NCBI GenBank assembly: GCA_963697065.1
Contig: CAVOMQ010000001.1
Coordinates: 252,538 to 316,537 of the forward strand
Reading direction: 5' to 3'
From: an uncultured Gemmatimonadales bacterium
Lineage (GTDB): Bacteria; Gemmatimonadota; Gemmatimonadetes; Gemmatimonadales; GWC2-71-9
Length of the DNA stretch: 64,000 nucleotides
Position 1 is the stretch's first letter. Every line of letters begins with the position of its first letter. The translations under genes and the position numbers were made by a program. The notes beneath the pieces are model-generated. The model worked only from the letters and a program-made list of their open reading frames with translations. It did no database searches and was not told the origin of the DNA. Positions 9,546-18,597 of the stretch are shown one piece after another.

Positions 9546-10810
9546 GGTTCCTCCCGGCTCTCCCACAGGCGTTTGCGCAGCACCAGCGTGCCCAGCAGCC
9601 CGACCAGGCCGTCGATCGCAATGCTCCAGCTGATGCCGAGATGCTCCGCAAGCCACCCGGCCTGGAACGCGCCCAACGGCGCCAGACCGAGCACCACGAA
9701 CGAATACACCGCCATCACTCGTCCGCGGAGCGCCGATGGCGTCGCCAGCTGCAACATCGTCGCGGTGGCGATGCTCTGCCCCGCCATCGCGGCACCCGCA
9801 GCGGCCAGCACCACGAACGCCAGTCCGGCGTTGGTCGTGACCGCGAGCAGCAGCACGCTCAGCGCCAGCGCGGCGCCGCACGCCGCGGCACTCCGCGTGC
9901 GCGAGACGCTGTTCCCCAGCGCGCCCATCACGATCGCGCCGATCGACGCGCCCACACCGACCGCCGAGGTCAGCGCGCCGAAGCCCTGCGCGCCGACATG
10001 CACCGCCTGGCGGGCGTATACCGGCAGCATCGGCACGAAACTCGCCGTGAACACCGTCAGCAGCACCATCTCCCACGTGATCGCTTCCAGCTCCGGGCGC
10101 GAGCGGATGAACTGCATTCCGGTGAAGACCGACTGGCGTTCGACGAGCTCCAACCGGTCGTCGCGGCGCTCGATCCGCGCGAAGCCGACCAGTGCGGCGA
10201 CGTAGCTCACGGCGTTGACCAGGAACGCCCAACCCGCACCGGCGGCCGCCACCACGACGCCGGCGATCGCCGGTCCGATGACACGCGCCAGGTTGTAGAT
10301 CGTGGAGTTGAAGGCTGCCGCGGAGATCACGTCGCCCGGCGGCACCAGCTCCACCAGGAACGATTGCCGCGCCGGGACTTCGAACGCCGTCGCGATGCCG
10401 GTGAGCACGGCCAGCACCCAGATCCACATCACCGTCACGCGGCCCGACAGCGTCAGGTACGCCAGCATGGCCGCCGTCACCAGCATCGCGGCCTGGAATC
10501 CGATGATGAACCGTCGCCGGTCGACGCGGTCGGCCACCACGCCGCCGTACAGCGTCAGCGCCAGAATCGGCAGGGTGCCGAGCGTGGTGGTGAGTCCGAC
10601 GGCGAACGCCGAATGGGTGAGATCGAGCACCAGCCATCCCTGGGCGATGGTCTGCATCCAGGTGCCGATGAGCGAGATGCCCTGGCCGAGCGCGAACCGC
10701 CGGTAATCGGGGTGGCGCAACGCCCGGAACGGGCCGTTGATCGCCACCAGCGCCGCGTCGCGCACGGGGCGGCGGACGCGATCGATGAGGCGCGGGTTGC
10801 TGGTGGCCAT
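9539..10810 (-). CDS. MFS transporter (EntS / MFS_3-like)
   Basis: Track ORF 9539..10879 trimmed to ATG 10810. About 12 hydrophobic helices and the loop motif GGVVADRVDRRR (MFS GxxxDRxGRR). A 7-nt ATGCTGA overlap with the downstream gene. Confidence 0.88.
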   Translation of the reverse strand: MATSNPRLIDRVRRPVRDAALVAINGPFRALRHPDYRRFALGQGISLIGTWMQTIAQGWLVLDLTHSAFAVGLTTTLGTLPILALTLYGGVVADRVDRRRFIIGFQAAMLVTAAMLAYLTLSGRVTVMWIWVLAVLTGIATAFEVPARQSFLVELVPPGDVISAAAFNSTIYNLARVIGPAIAGVVVAAAGAGWAFLVNAVSYVAALVGFARIERRDDRLELVERQSVFTGMQFIRSRPELEAITWEMVLLTVFTASFVPMLPVYARQAVHVGAQGFGALTSAVGVGASIGAIVMGALGNSVSRTRSAAACGAALALSVLLLAVTTNAGLAFVVLAAAGAAMAGQSIATATMLQLATPSALRGRVMAVYSFVVLGLAPLGAFQAGWLAEHLGISWSIAIDGLVGLLGTLVLRKRLWESREEPC

Positions 10811-10877
10811 CGGACGCGGAAAGTAATGACGAGGATTGCCCCGGTCGCCCGGACCGGGTAGCATCGACAGAGATCCC

Positions 10878-12158
10878 ATGCGCTACACCACCTACGCGAA
10901 ATATGTCGCCGGTCTCGCCGACCAGATCAACCTGCAGGCGCTGCTCGATCAACTGAGCGACTTCCTGCTCCAGTCGGGTTTTGCCGGCACGCCGTGGTGG
11001 GGGGAACCGGGCGAGGGCGGCGACGACCGCTCGCTCGACGATCTCCGCGAGGCGATCCTCCAGGCGCTGATGGAATCGGGGCAGCTCAACGAAGACATGC
11101 TCAAGCTGCTGCGCGGCGAATCGACCGGGGACGAAGCGCGCGACCGCCAGACGATGCAGGACCTCGCCGAACTGCTCGACCGCATCGTGCAGCGGCTGAT
11201 GGACGAGGGGTATCTCAAGCTGCAGGACGCCGGCGGCAAGATGGTTCCGCCCGATCAACTCCCCGGCGGCCAGGAGCGGCAGGCGGCACGGACGGTGCAC
11301 TTCGATCTCACCGAGAAGGGCGCCGACTTCCTCGGTTACAAGACACTGAAAGACCTCCTCGGCGCCCTGGGCAAGTCGACGGTGGGCGCGCACGAGACGG
11401 CGCACCTCGCCACCAGCGTCGAAGCCGAAGCGGCCAGCCGGCAATACCAGTTCGGCGACGTGCTCAATCTCGACGTCCCCGCCACCCTGTCGAACGCCAT
11501 CGCGCGCCACGGCCTGCAGGTCCCGATCGATCTCGACTACGACGACCTGATGGTGGTGCAGTCCGACTACCGGTCGTCGGCGGCGACGGTGCTGATGCTC
11601 GACTGCTCGCACTCGATGATCCTCTACGGCGAAGATCGCTTCACCCCGGCCAAGAAGGTGGCGCTGGCGCTCACCCACCTGATCCGAACCCAGTATCCGG
11701 GCGATTCGATCCGCGTGGTGCTCTTTCACGACAGCGCCGAAGAGATCCCCGTCGCGGCGCTCGCCAACGTGCAGGTGGGCCCGTATCACACCAACACCGC
11801 CGAAGGACTCGCGCTGGCCCGCCGCATCCTGGCCGGCCAGCGCAAGGACATGAAGCAGATCATCATGATCACCGACGGCAAGCCGTCGGCGCTGTCGCTG
11901 CCGGACGGACAGATCTATGTCAACTCCGCCGGCCTCGATCCGCGGATCGTGCGCGCCACGTTCGCCGAGGTGGCGGCGTGCCGGCGCAGCAACATCCTCA
12001 TCAACACGTTCATGCTGGCGCGCGACCGGCAGCTGGTCGAGTTCGTCAAACAGGTGTCGCGCATCTGCCGCGGCAAGGCGTATTTCGCCAGCCCGATGAC
12101 GCTGGGACAGTTCCTGTTGATGGATTTTCTGAAGGGGAAGACGCGGCGGGTGGCGTAG
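10878..12158 (+). CDS. VWA (von Willebrand factor A) domain protein, CoxE-like
   Basis: Track ORF 10836..12158 trimmed to ATG 10878. MIDAS motif DxSxS in [10 protein letters not shown], then HTNTAEGL and [11 protein letters not shown]. Confidence 0.85.
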   Translation: MRYTTYAKYVAGLADQINLQALLDQLSDFLLQSGFAGTPWWGEPGEGGDDRSLDDLREAILQALMESGQLNEDMLKLLRGESTGDEARDRQTMQDLAELLDRIVQRLMDEGYLKLQDAGGKMVPPDQLPGGQERQAARTVHFDLTEKGADFLGYKTLKDLLGALGKSTVGAHETAHLATSVEAEAASRQYQFGDVLNLDVPATLSNAIARHGLQVPIDLDYDDLMVVQSDYRSSAATVLMLDCSHSMILYGEDRFTPAKKVALALTHLIRTQYPGDSIRVVLFHDSAEEIPVAALANVQVGPYHTNTAEGLALARRILAGQRKDMKQIIMITDGKPSALSLPDGQIYVNSAGLDPRIVRATFAEVAACRRSNILINTFMLARDRQLVEFVKQVSRICRGKAYFASPMTLGQFLLMDFLKGKTRRVA

Positions 12159-12159
12159 C

Positions 12160-13917
12160 CTACTTCAACTCCATCACGCTCGCCAGTTCGCCCACGCTCG
12201 CCACCGTGCCGGTCGATCCGTCGATGGCCAGCAACAGACCCGGAAGTCCCGAACTGATGCCGCTCCAGTCGCTCCCGGTCCAGCGCCATACCATGCCCCC
12301 CGCGCCGGCGACGTAGATCACGCCGCGAATGCCGCGCACCGCGCGGATCGCGTCGGGCGTAGGTGGCGGCAGCGTTTGCCAGCCGCGGCCGTCCCAATGC
12401 AACACGGTGCCGCCTTCCCCCACCACCCAGACGTCGCGCGACGATGTTCCCCAGACGCCCCGCAGCAACTGCGTGGTCGGCGCCGCCAGGCGGGTCCATC
12501 GCGTGCCGTCGAAGCGCAACACCAGGCCGCTGTCGCCGACCGCCCAGACGTCGGACCAGTCGGGGCCCCAGACATGGCGCAGGAATGCCGTCGATCCGGT
12601 GCCGAGGCGGCGCCACGCGCCACCATCGGACACCAGTGACACGCCCGAGTCGGCGACGATCACGGCGCGGCCGCCGGCGTCACACCAGACGCTGCGCAGC
12701 AACCCGTGATAGGGTGACGGTTCCGTCTGCCACGCGCCGACTCGCATCCGCAGGATGGTGCCGCTGTCGCCCACGGCGAGGCGATCGCCGTTGGCGCAGT
12801 CGGTGATGCCGTAGAGCGACGTCGCCGTCGGCAGGTCGAGCGGCTGCCACGAGGTGCCCTCGCGCTCCAGCGCCAACCCGCCGATGCCGACGGCGATCGG
12901 TGGGGCCGCGCCGGGCGCGTCGACGTCGTAGAGAACCCCGCCGCTGAGCCGCGTCGCCCAACCGCCGCCGGCGTCGCTGACCACGATGCCGTACCATCCC
13001 GCCGCGAAGTGGCGTCCGCCGGCTGCGGCGAGCGCCCGGAGATTCTCGTGTTCGCCGGTGGCGGGCACCGGCGTCCACGATGTGCCGTCGCCACTGAGGA
13101 TGAGCCCACCGTCGCCGGCGATGAGAAAGTGACCCGGCGCGTCGCTGATGACGGCAAAGAGATTGAGTCCGGTCGGCGACGCCACCTGACGCCAGCCGCT
13201 CCCGTCATCGACGAGAATCGTCCCGACCGCTCCCACCGCCACCATGGTGCCCGCGCCGTCGCCGGTGACGTCGAAGAGGCCGATCGCCGTGGGCGAGGCG
13301 GCGCTCCGCCACCCGCCGCCGTCGCAGCATTGGAGAATGACGCCGTTCTGCCCCACGGCCACCAGGGTGTCGGGACTCGGTCCCCAGATGCCCCACAGTT
13401 CCGCGGCGCCGGGCGTGGGCATCGCCCGCCAGCCGCTGTCGTTCCGCTCCAATACCGTACCACCGGTGCCGGTCACCCAGAGGTGCGTTCGGTCAAGTCC
13501 CCAGACATCGAGGAGACTCGCGTCGATCGTGGTGTCGATGACCCACTGCCCGGCCCGCCGCTCCATCAGCGCGCCGTTGGAGACAGTGGCAAACACCGCC
13601 GTCGTGTCCGCACCCCAGATGCCGGTGATGATGTCCTGCGTCGGGGTCCGCTCGAAGTGCCAGTTGGTGCCGTCGAAGGCCAGGATGAGCCCGGCCTGAC
13701 CACCGACCCAGGCGCGGGCGGGCGAAGCGGCCCATGCCGCCAGCAGCGAGGCGTTGGTGGGGCCGAGGTGGACGGTGTTGAGCGTCGAAAGCGGCGTCTG
13801 GGGTGTGGTGGCGGCCGGGCCGGCTGGGGTGTCGAGGCAGCCGGCAAGGAGGAGGAGCAGGGCAACGGCGAATGGGCGCGGCACGCTCGCAAGGTAGCCT
13901 TGACGAGTAGCTATCAT
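12160..13917 (-). CDS. Lipoprotein built of ~13-14 beta-propeller blade repeats
   Basis: 585-aa ORF with lipobox ALLLLLAGC. The rest is a ~36-40-aa unit repeated 13-14 times (e.g. VWAVGDSGLVLRFDGTRWTRLAAP, VWVVGEGGTVLHWDGRGWQTLPPP). GTG at the VPRPF position is an alternative start. Confidence 0.8.
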   Translation of the reverse strand: MIATRQGYLASVPRPFAVALLLLLAGCLDTPAGPAATTPQTPLSTLNTVHLGPTNASLLAAWAASPARAWVGGQAGLILAFDGTNWHFERTPTQDIITGIWGADTTAVFATVSNGALMERRAGQWVIDTTIDASLLDVWGLDRTHLWVTGTGGTVLERNDSGWRAMPTPGAAELWGIWGPSPDTLVAVGQNGVILQCCDGGGWRSAASPTAIGLFDVTGDGAGTMVAVGAVGTILVDDGSGWRQVASPTGLNLFAVISDAPGHFLIAGDGGLILSGDGTSWTPVPATGEHENLRALAAAGGRHFAAGWYGIVVSDAGGGWATRLSGGVLYDVDAPGAAPPIAVGIGGLALEREGTSWQPLDLPTATSLYGITDCANGDRLAVGDSGTILRMRVGAWQTEPSPYHGLLRSVWCDAGGRAVIVADSGVSLVSDGGAWRRLGTGSTAFLRHVWGPDWSDVWAVGDSGLVLRFDGTRWTRLAAPTTQLLRGVWGTSSRDVWVVGEGGTVLHWDGRGWQTLPPPTPDAIRAVRGIRGVIYVAGAGGMVWRWTGSDWSGISSGLPGLLLAIDGSTGTVASVGELASVMELK

Positions 13918-13928
13918 AAAGCTATCAT
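13900..13928 (+). promoter_or_regulatory. Candidate sigma-70-type promoter for the SPFH gene
   Basis: TTGACG (13900-13905), a 17-nt spacer, then TATCAT (13923-13928), about 30 nt upstream of ATG 13959. This is the only AT-rich patch in the region. Confidence 0.45.
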
Positions 13929-13929
13929 A
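13909..13929. repeat. Tandem direct repeat AGCTATCATA x2 (11-bp period)
   Basis: AGCTATCATA at 13909-13918 and again at 13920-13929, separated by one A. It lies in the 41-bp divergent spacer, and copy 1 contains the ATG of the minus-strand gene. Confidence 0.8.
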
Positions 13930-13958
13930 TCGATGTCACTTCAACCGGATCGGCAGAC

Positions 13959-14825
13959 ATGCTGAAGGAAATCGAGCGCCGCGTCGTCAACGGATTCGTC
14001 GCATTGGTGGCGCTGGTGATCGCGAGCGGTGCCGTGCTGGCCCTCTTCGTGACGAGTGTCAACAGCGCCAATGGCGGGCGCACCGTTCTCGGGGCACTCG
14101 CCGCCGCCGTCGTGCTGCTCGGGTGGAGCGGACTCTTCTCGATCCAACCCAACCAGGCCAAGGCGCTGACGCTCTTCGGCGCCTACCGGGGTTCGGTCAA
14201 GACCGCCGGGCTGTGGTGGGCCAATCCGTTCTATGCCAAGCGCAGCGTTTCGCTGCGGGTGCGGAACTTCGAGACCGCCGAGCTCAAGGTGAACGACAAG
14301 AACTCCAACCCGATCGAGATCGGCGCGATCGTGGTCTGGCAGGTCATCGACACCGCCGAAGCGCTCTTCGCGGTCGACAATTTCGAAGACTACGTCAAGG
14401 TGCAGAGCGAGTCCGCGGTGCGGGCGCTGGCCAGCAGCTACCCGTACGACGCCCACACCGAGGGCGAGCGGTCGCTGAGCCACAACGTCGCCGAAATCTC
14501 CGACCAGCTCACCGGCGAAGTGCAGGCGCGGCTCGACAAGGCCGGCATGAAGGTGCTGGAAACGCGGATCGCCCATCTCGCCTATGCGCCCGAAATCGCC
14601 AACGCGATGCTCCGCCGGCAGCAGGCCAGCGCCATCATCGCCGCCCGCACGCTGATCGTCGAGGGGGCGGTCTCGATGGTGGACATGGCGCTCAAGAGCA
14701 TCGCCGAGCGCGGCATGGTGCAGCTCGACGAAGAGCGCAAAGCCACGATGATCTCGAACCTGCTGGTGACGCTCTGCGCCGAACAACCGATGCAGCCGGT
14801 GGTGAATGCCGGATCGATCTACTGA
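13959..14825 (+). CDS. SPFH / band-7 (stomatin-prohibitin) domain membrane protein
   Basis: 288-aa ORF with two N-terminal TM helices followed by an SPFH core ([35 protein letters not shown]...[21 protein letters not shown]). Confidence 0.9.
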   Translation: MLKEIERRVVNGFVALVALVIASGAVLALFVTSVNSANGGRTVLGALAAAVVLLGWSGLFSIQPNQAKALTLFGAYRGSVKTAGLWWANPFYAKRSVSLRVRNFETAELKVNDKNSNPIEIGAIVVWQVIDTAEALFAVDNFEDYVKVQSESAVRALASSYPYDAHTEGERSLSHNVAEISDQLTGEVQARLDKAGMKVLETRIAHLAYAPEIANAMLRRQQASAIIAARTLIVEGAVSMVDMALKSIAERGMVQLDEERKATMISNLLVTLCAEQPMQPVVNAGSIY

Positions 14826-15018
14826 CCGGCGCGGGGACGGCACGAGCGGGCGCAAGTCGTTTCTGCTGCGTCTCGAGCCGGCGCTCTATGCGGCGCTTGC
14901 CACGTGGGCGGCCGACGACCTGCGGTCGCTCAACGCCCAGATCGAGTACGTGCTGCGCCAGGCGGCGCGGAACGCGGGGCGCTTCTACGAACAACCGGAG
15001 CGCGGGCCCGGCAAGTGA
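14806..15018 (+). CDS. Ribbon-helix-helix (Arc/HicB-antitoxin-like) small DNA-binding protein
   Basis: 70-aa ORF overlapping the SPFH gene by 20 nt. [37 protein letters not shown] has the beta-strand / helix / helix pattern of RHH proteins. ATG 14806 is the only in-frame start. Confidence 0.6.
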   Translation: MPDRSTDRRGDGTSGRKSFLLRLEPALYAALATWAADDLRSLNAQIEYVLRQAARNAGRFYEQPERGPGK

Positions 15019-15028
15019 ACACCGCCGA

Positions 15029-15730
15029 TCAGTCCGGCAGCAGCCGGTTCGACGCCAGCAGATCGGGGAGATCGGCGACGCTGTCGATCAGGTGATCGTG
15101 CGGATGGGTGGCGAGCGAATCGCGCCGATGCGACCCGGTGAGCACGCCGACGACCAGCCCGCAGCGCGCCATCGTCCCTTCATGCAGATCGACCGGCGTG
15201 TCGCCGACCTTCGCCACCTGCGCGTACGGCACGCCGCCGAGACGGGTCCGCAGCGCATCGATCATGTCGGGGTGGGGGCGCCCCCGCGCCACCTCGTCGC
15301 TGGCCAGCGTGGCATCGACCACCTCCGCCGGCGGCGCCCACCCCACCCGCGTCAGCACGGCGTCGAGGACGGTGCGCGAGAACCCGCTACCGAGGGCCAC
15401 CTGGATCCCGGCGGCGCGGAGCCGCGCGAACGCGGCTTCAGCGCCGTCGATCGGCCGCACGCCCGGGTCGTTCTGGTAGAAGGCGACCATCCGGCGGACG
15501 AAGTCGTCGTGGATGCGCGGCACGTCGGGCAGCAATTCGTCGCGGCCGTGGCCTTCGAGAATGGTCCGGAGCGCCTGCGGCTTGGCCATGCCGAGCACCC
15601 CTTCGATGGCGCCGGGCCGGACGGTGACGCCGGCGGTGGCCAGCGCGTCGCGCATCGCGCGCTGCACCGCCCCGCCACCGTCGTGTACCGTGGTTCCGGA
15701 CACGTCGAATACCACCAGTCGAATGCCCAT
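15029..15730 (-). CDS. HAD-superfamily hydrolase, phosphonatase-like (PhnX-like) subgroup
   Basis: Last 233 codons of track ORF 15029..16234, starting at ATG 15730. Motif I is VVFDVSGTTV, motif III/IV is KVGDTPVDLHEG. Confidence 0.85.
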   Translation of the reverse strand: MGIRLVVFDVSGTTVHDGGGAVQRAMRDALATAGVTVRPGAIEGVLGMAKPQALRTILEGHGRDELLPDVPRIHDDFVRRMVAFYQNDPGVRPIDGAEAAFARLRAAGIQVALGSGFSRTVLDAVLTRVGWAPPAEVVDATLASDEVARGRPHPDMIDALRTRLGGVPYAQVAKVGDTPVDLHEGTMARCGLVVGVLTGSHRRDSLATHPHDHLIDSVADLPDLLASNRLLPD

Positions 15731-15860
15731 CCCGTCCCCCCGCAGCGGAATCTCGCCGCACCGGCACCGCCAGCCAATTGCGCCTCGGCTGGCGCCGCAT
15801 AGCTTCCCCCGCGCGGGCGCCCGTGATTGCGCCCGAACGAACTTCAACCCGATCGGTACG

Positions 15861-16334
15861 ATGCGACGCCTTTGCCTGCTCTCCCTGTTCGCCGCTGTGG
15901 CGGTCCTCGCCGCGTGCTCACGGAAATCACCCCAGGACGCGGCCTTCGACAGCGCCGCCGCGGCCGGCGTCACCCCCGAGCCGCGCAACCCGCACGTCAT
16001 GGCTTTCGATCTGGGCCACGCGCTCGATTCGACGGGCAATATCTTCGGCGGCGTCGACAGCCACTTCACGCCTCGCGATTCGATCTTCGTCTCCGTCCGG
16101 GCCCAGTATGCCCCGGCCGGGGCCACCACCAGCGCCCGCATCTTGCGGGGCAAGGTGACGGTCGATTCGAGCAGCCTCGACCTCGGGGCACCCGACAATT
16201 CCGGGGTTGCCACGGTCGGATTCCGGTTCGGCAAGCGTGGTGCCGGATGGCCGCTGGGAGAGTATTCGGTCGAGGTCTTCCTGAACGGCGCGTCGCAGGG
16301 ACTGAAGACGTTTCAGGTGCAGGCGTCGCGCTGA
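15861..16334 (+). CDS. Lipoprotein, unknown function
   Basis: ATG 15861 inside track ORF 15513..16334. Signal peptide plus lipobox MRRLCLLSLFAAVAVLAAC. Confidence 0.7.
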   Translation: MRRLCLLSLFAAVAVLAACSRKSPQDAAFDSAAAAGVTPEPRNPHVMAFDLGHALDSTGNIFGGVDSHFTPRDSIFVSVRAQYAPAGATTSARILRGKVTVDSSSLDLGAPDNSGVATVGFRFGKRGAGWPLGEYSVEVFLNGASQGLKTFQVQASR

Positions 16335-16356
16335 TCTGCCGCCGGCACGCTCCGCG

Positions 16357-16614
16357 TCACTCCTCCCGACCGGGCTCACGCGAACGGAAGACCGTCGTCA
16401 CCAGCTGAGCGTGGAGCGCCCCCGAGGGGCATTTCCGGACCGCGGCGATCACTTCGTCCGGGGTCGCTTCCTCCGGACGGATCCATGGAGTGCGGTCCGT
16501 GTCGAACACCGCGCTGAGGGTGCGGAGGCAGACACCGGAGTCGCGGCAGATGTCGGGATCGTAGGTCACACGGACCTGACTCGTCTGGTAGACCTGCAGC
16601 CGCCTGGATGCCAT
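16357..16614 (-). CDS. YjdI-family divergent 4Fe-4S mono-cluster protein
   Basis: ATG 16614 inside track ORF 16357..16773, 85 aa. ICRDSGVCLRT...RTPWIRPEEATPDEVIAAVRKCPSGAL matches the YjdI pattern (IC.HSG.C...RKPWI.PDE...CPSGAL). Confidence 0.75.
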   Translation of the reverse strand: MASRRLQVYQTSQVRVTYDPDICRDSGVCLRTLSAVFDTDRTPWIRPEEATPDEVIAAVRKCPSGALHAQLVTTVFRSREPGREE

Positions 16615-16760
16615 GAGCTCCTCTCGTGGTGCCGATCGCGTGTCGCAGCAGCGGAACAATCCTACCGTTGCACGGCGCAGGCAAGAGCCCGGGCCCATCC
16701 CGGAATCGGTGTTCATTCGGCGGTGGCCGGTCGAACGCGTCCCGGAGTAGACTCTCCAGC

Positions 16761-17813
16761 ATGACGACAGCAACCCCGCTCCCCGGACGTCGCACGCTGC
16801 TGCGCGCCGTCTCGCGCCGTGATCCGGCCTGGGACGGTTTGTTCATCGTGGCGGTGCGCACCACCGGAGTCGCCTGCCGCCCGGTCTGCCCCTCGCGCCG
16901 CGCGCGCACCGAGCACCTCGAATTCTTTCCGACGCTCGACGCCGCCCGCCGGGCGGGTTATCGGCCCTGTCTCCGCTGCCGGCCGGACCGGAGCGACGAC
17001 ATGCCGTCGTGGTGGCCGGCGTTGCTGCGGCTGGTCGACTCGGCGGGGACGGCGCGGATCTCCGACGCCATGCTCCGCACCGCCGGCATCAATCCGGTGC
17101 AGGTGCGCCGCCACTTCCGGCGCGTCCATCACACCACGTTTCACGCCTGGATCCGCGCCCGCCGTCTTGCCGATGCGCAGCGGCGGCTGCGGAAGGGAGA
17201 GCGCTTGGACACCGTCATCATCGACTCGGCCTGGGACTCGCACAGCGGGTTCCGCGACGCGTTCACCCGCGTGGTCGGCGCTCCACCCGGACAGGCGCGG
17301 CACGGCGAAGCGATCACCGTCACCACCTGGAACTCACCGCTGGGTCCGATGGTGCTCGGCGCCACGGACGCCGGCGCGGTGCTGGTGGAATTCGGTGACA
17401 TGACCCGGCTCGAGAAGCAGGCGCCGTCGCTGCGACGCTGGTTCCAGGGACCGATCGTCAGCGGCCGGCACGAACATCTCGACCAGCTGGCCAACGAATT
17501 GGAGTCGTACTTCGCCGGCAACCTGCGCGATTTCACCGTGCCGTTGGTGCTCCGCGGCTCGCCGTTCGAGCTGTCGGTCTGGGAGGCGCTGCGCACCATC
17601 CCGTTTGGTGAGACGCGATCGTACAGCGACATCGCCCGCGTGGTGGACAACCCCCGCGCCGTGCGAGCGGTGGGAAGCGCCAACGGGCGCAACCGGCTGT
17701 CCGTGGTGGTGCCCTGCCATCGGGTGGTGAACGCCGACGGCAAGCTGGGCGGCTACGGCGGCGGGTTATGGCGCAAGGTGCGGCTACTGGAAATCGAAGG
17801 GGTGCGGCCGTAA
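16761..17813 (+). CDS. ada: Bifunctional Ada: methylphosphotriester-DNA methyltransferase / AraC-type regulator / O6-methylguanine-DNA methyltransferase
   Basis: ATG 16761 inside track ORF 16626..17813. It has the N-terminal Ada Zn-binding Cys cluster (CRPVCPSRR...PCLRCRP), an AraC HTH, and a C-terminal MGMT domain with the active site VVPCHRVV. Confidence 0.9.
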   Translation: MTTATPLPGRRTLLRAVSRRDPAWDGLFIVAVRTTGVACRPVCPSRRARTEHLEFFPTLDAARRAGYRPCLRCRPDRSDDMPSWWPALLRLVDSAGTARISDAMLRTAGINPVQVRRHFRRVHHTTFHAWIRARRLADAQRRLRKGERLDTVIIDSAWDSHSGFRDAFTRVVGAPPGQARHGEAITVTTWNSPLGPMVLGATDAGAVLVEFGDMTRLEKQAPSLRRWFQGPIVSGRHEHLDQLANELESYFAGNLRDFTVPLVLRGSPFELSVWEALRTIPFGETRSYSDIARVVDNPRAVRAVGSANGRNRLSVVVPCHRVVNADGKLGGYGGGLWRKVRLLEIEGVRP

Positions 17814-17850
17814 CCGCACCCCCCGGATCGGACCGGCCGGCGAACGGCGG

Positions 17851-18378
17851 TCAGGGCTTCTTCATCGCGGGCTTCATCGCCGGCGCCTTGACGGTGGCGT
17901 CGACGTTGAAGTCGTGGTGCGCCATCCAGTTACCGTCGCTTCCCTTTACCAGGTGGGTGGCGAAGTAGTTGATGTGCTGCTCCGGCTTCTTCCCCTTCAC
18001 GTAGAGGGTATACGGCACCTGGGCGAAGATGACTGCATCGGTGGAATCGACCGGAAAGAACGCCTCGACCTGGGTCGGTTGGGTCGTGATCGAATCGAAG
18101 GTCTTGAACCACGCCGCGGCGGCGGTCTGAATGGAGTCGCGGCCATGGAAGATCGAGCCATCGGGGAGGAGCCAGGTGGCATCGGGAGCATAGAGTGCCG
18201 CCAGTGCGGCAGCGTCCTTGTGGACGACAGCCGAATCCATCTTGTCGCCGGTCTGCATGACCCCGGCGCGCATGGCGGCGGGATCCATCGTCGGGGCGGC
18301 GGGCTTGGCGGGTGCAGGACTGCACGCGGCGGCGACCAGGGCAATTGCGGCAAAACCGAGCAGCGGACGAACGCGCAT
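17851..18378 (-). CDS. Lipoprotein with SnoaL/DUF4440 (NTF2-like) domain
   Basis: 175-aa ORF with lipobox ALVAAAC. DAAALAALYAPDATWLLPDGSIFHGRDSI is typical of DUF4440/SnoaL-like folds. Confidence 0.75.
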   Translation of the reverse strand: MRVRPLLGFAAIALVAAACSPAPAKPAAPTMDPAAMRAGVMQTGDKMDSAVVHKDAAALAALYAPDATWLLPDGSIFHGRDSIQTAAAAWFKTFDSITTQPTQVEAFFPVDSTDAVIFAQVPYTLYVKGKKPEQHINYFATHLVKGSDGNWMAHHDFNVDATVKAPAMKPAMKKP

Positions 18379-18472
18379 AACGGACCCTCGACATTCCTTG
18401 GAGTTCGCCGGTTCGTGGCGCCGGACAGAGCGTCCGTTCCACCCGGCGGAAAGACGCGACAGGTGTCAGAAC

Positions 18473-18502
18473 GGGCCGGAGGACGACATCGTCCGCCGGC
18501 CC
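18473..18502 (-). terminator. Possible terminator hairpin downstream of the ABC-transporter operon
   Basis: GGGCCGGAGGACG / CGTCCGCCGGCCC forms a 13-bp stem with one mismatch and an ACAT loop, about 95 nt past the stop at 18598. The trailing U-tract is weak. Confidence 0.35.
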
Positions 18503-18597
18503 GTCGCTCCGCTAATGGTACTGTCGGTTCAGCCGGTCGCTAGGGGGGTGCGGTGCCGATCATCCGTAGAACCCCACCACGCCATGGCCGATTGCGG

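Noticed and set aside
8928-11789. 953-aa minus-strand ORF, the longest in the track
   Set aside because: It is a chimera. Only its last 205 codons (from ATG 9545) encode a real cytidylate-kinase-like protein. Upstream it runs out of frame across the MFS gene and antisense across the VWA gene.
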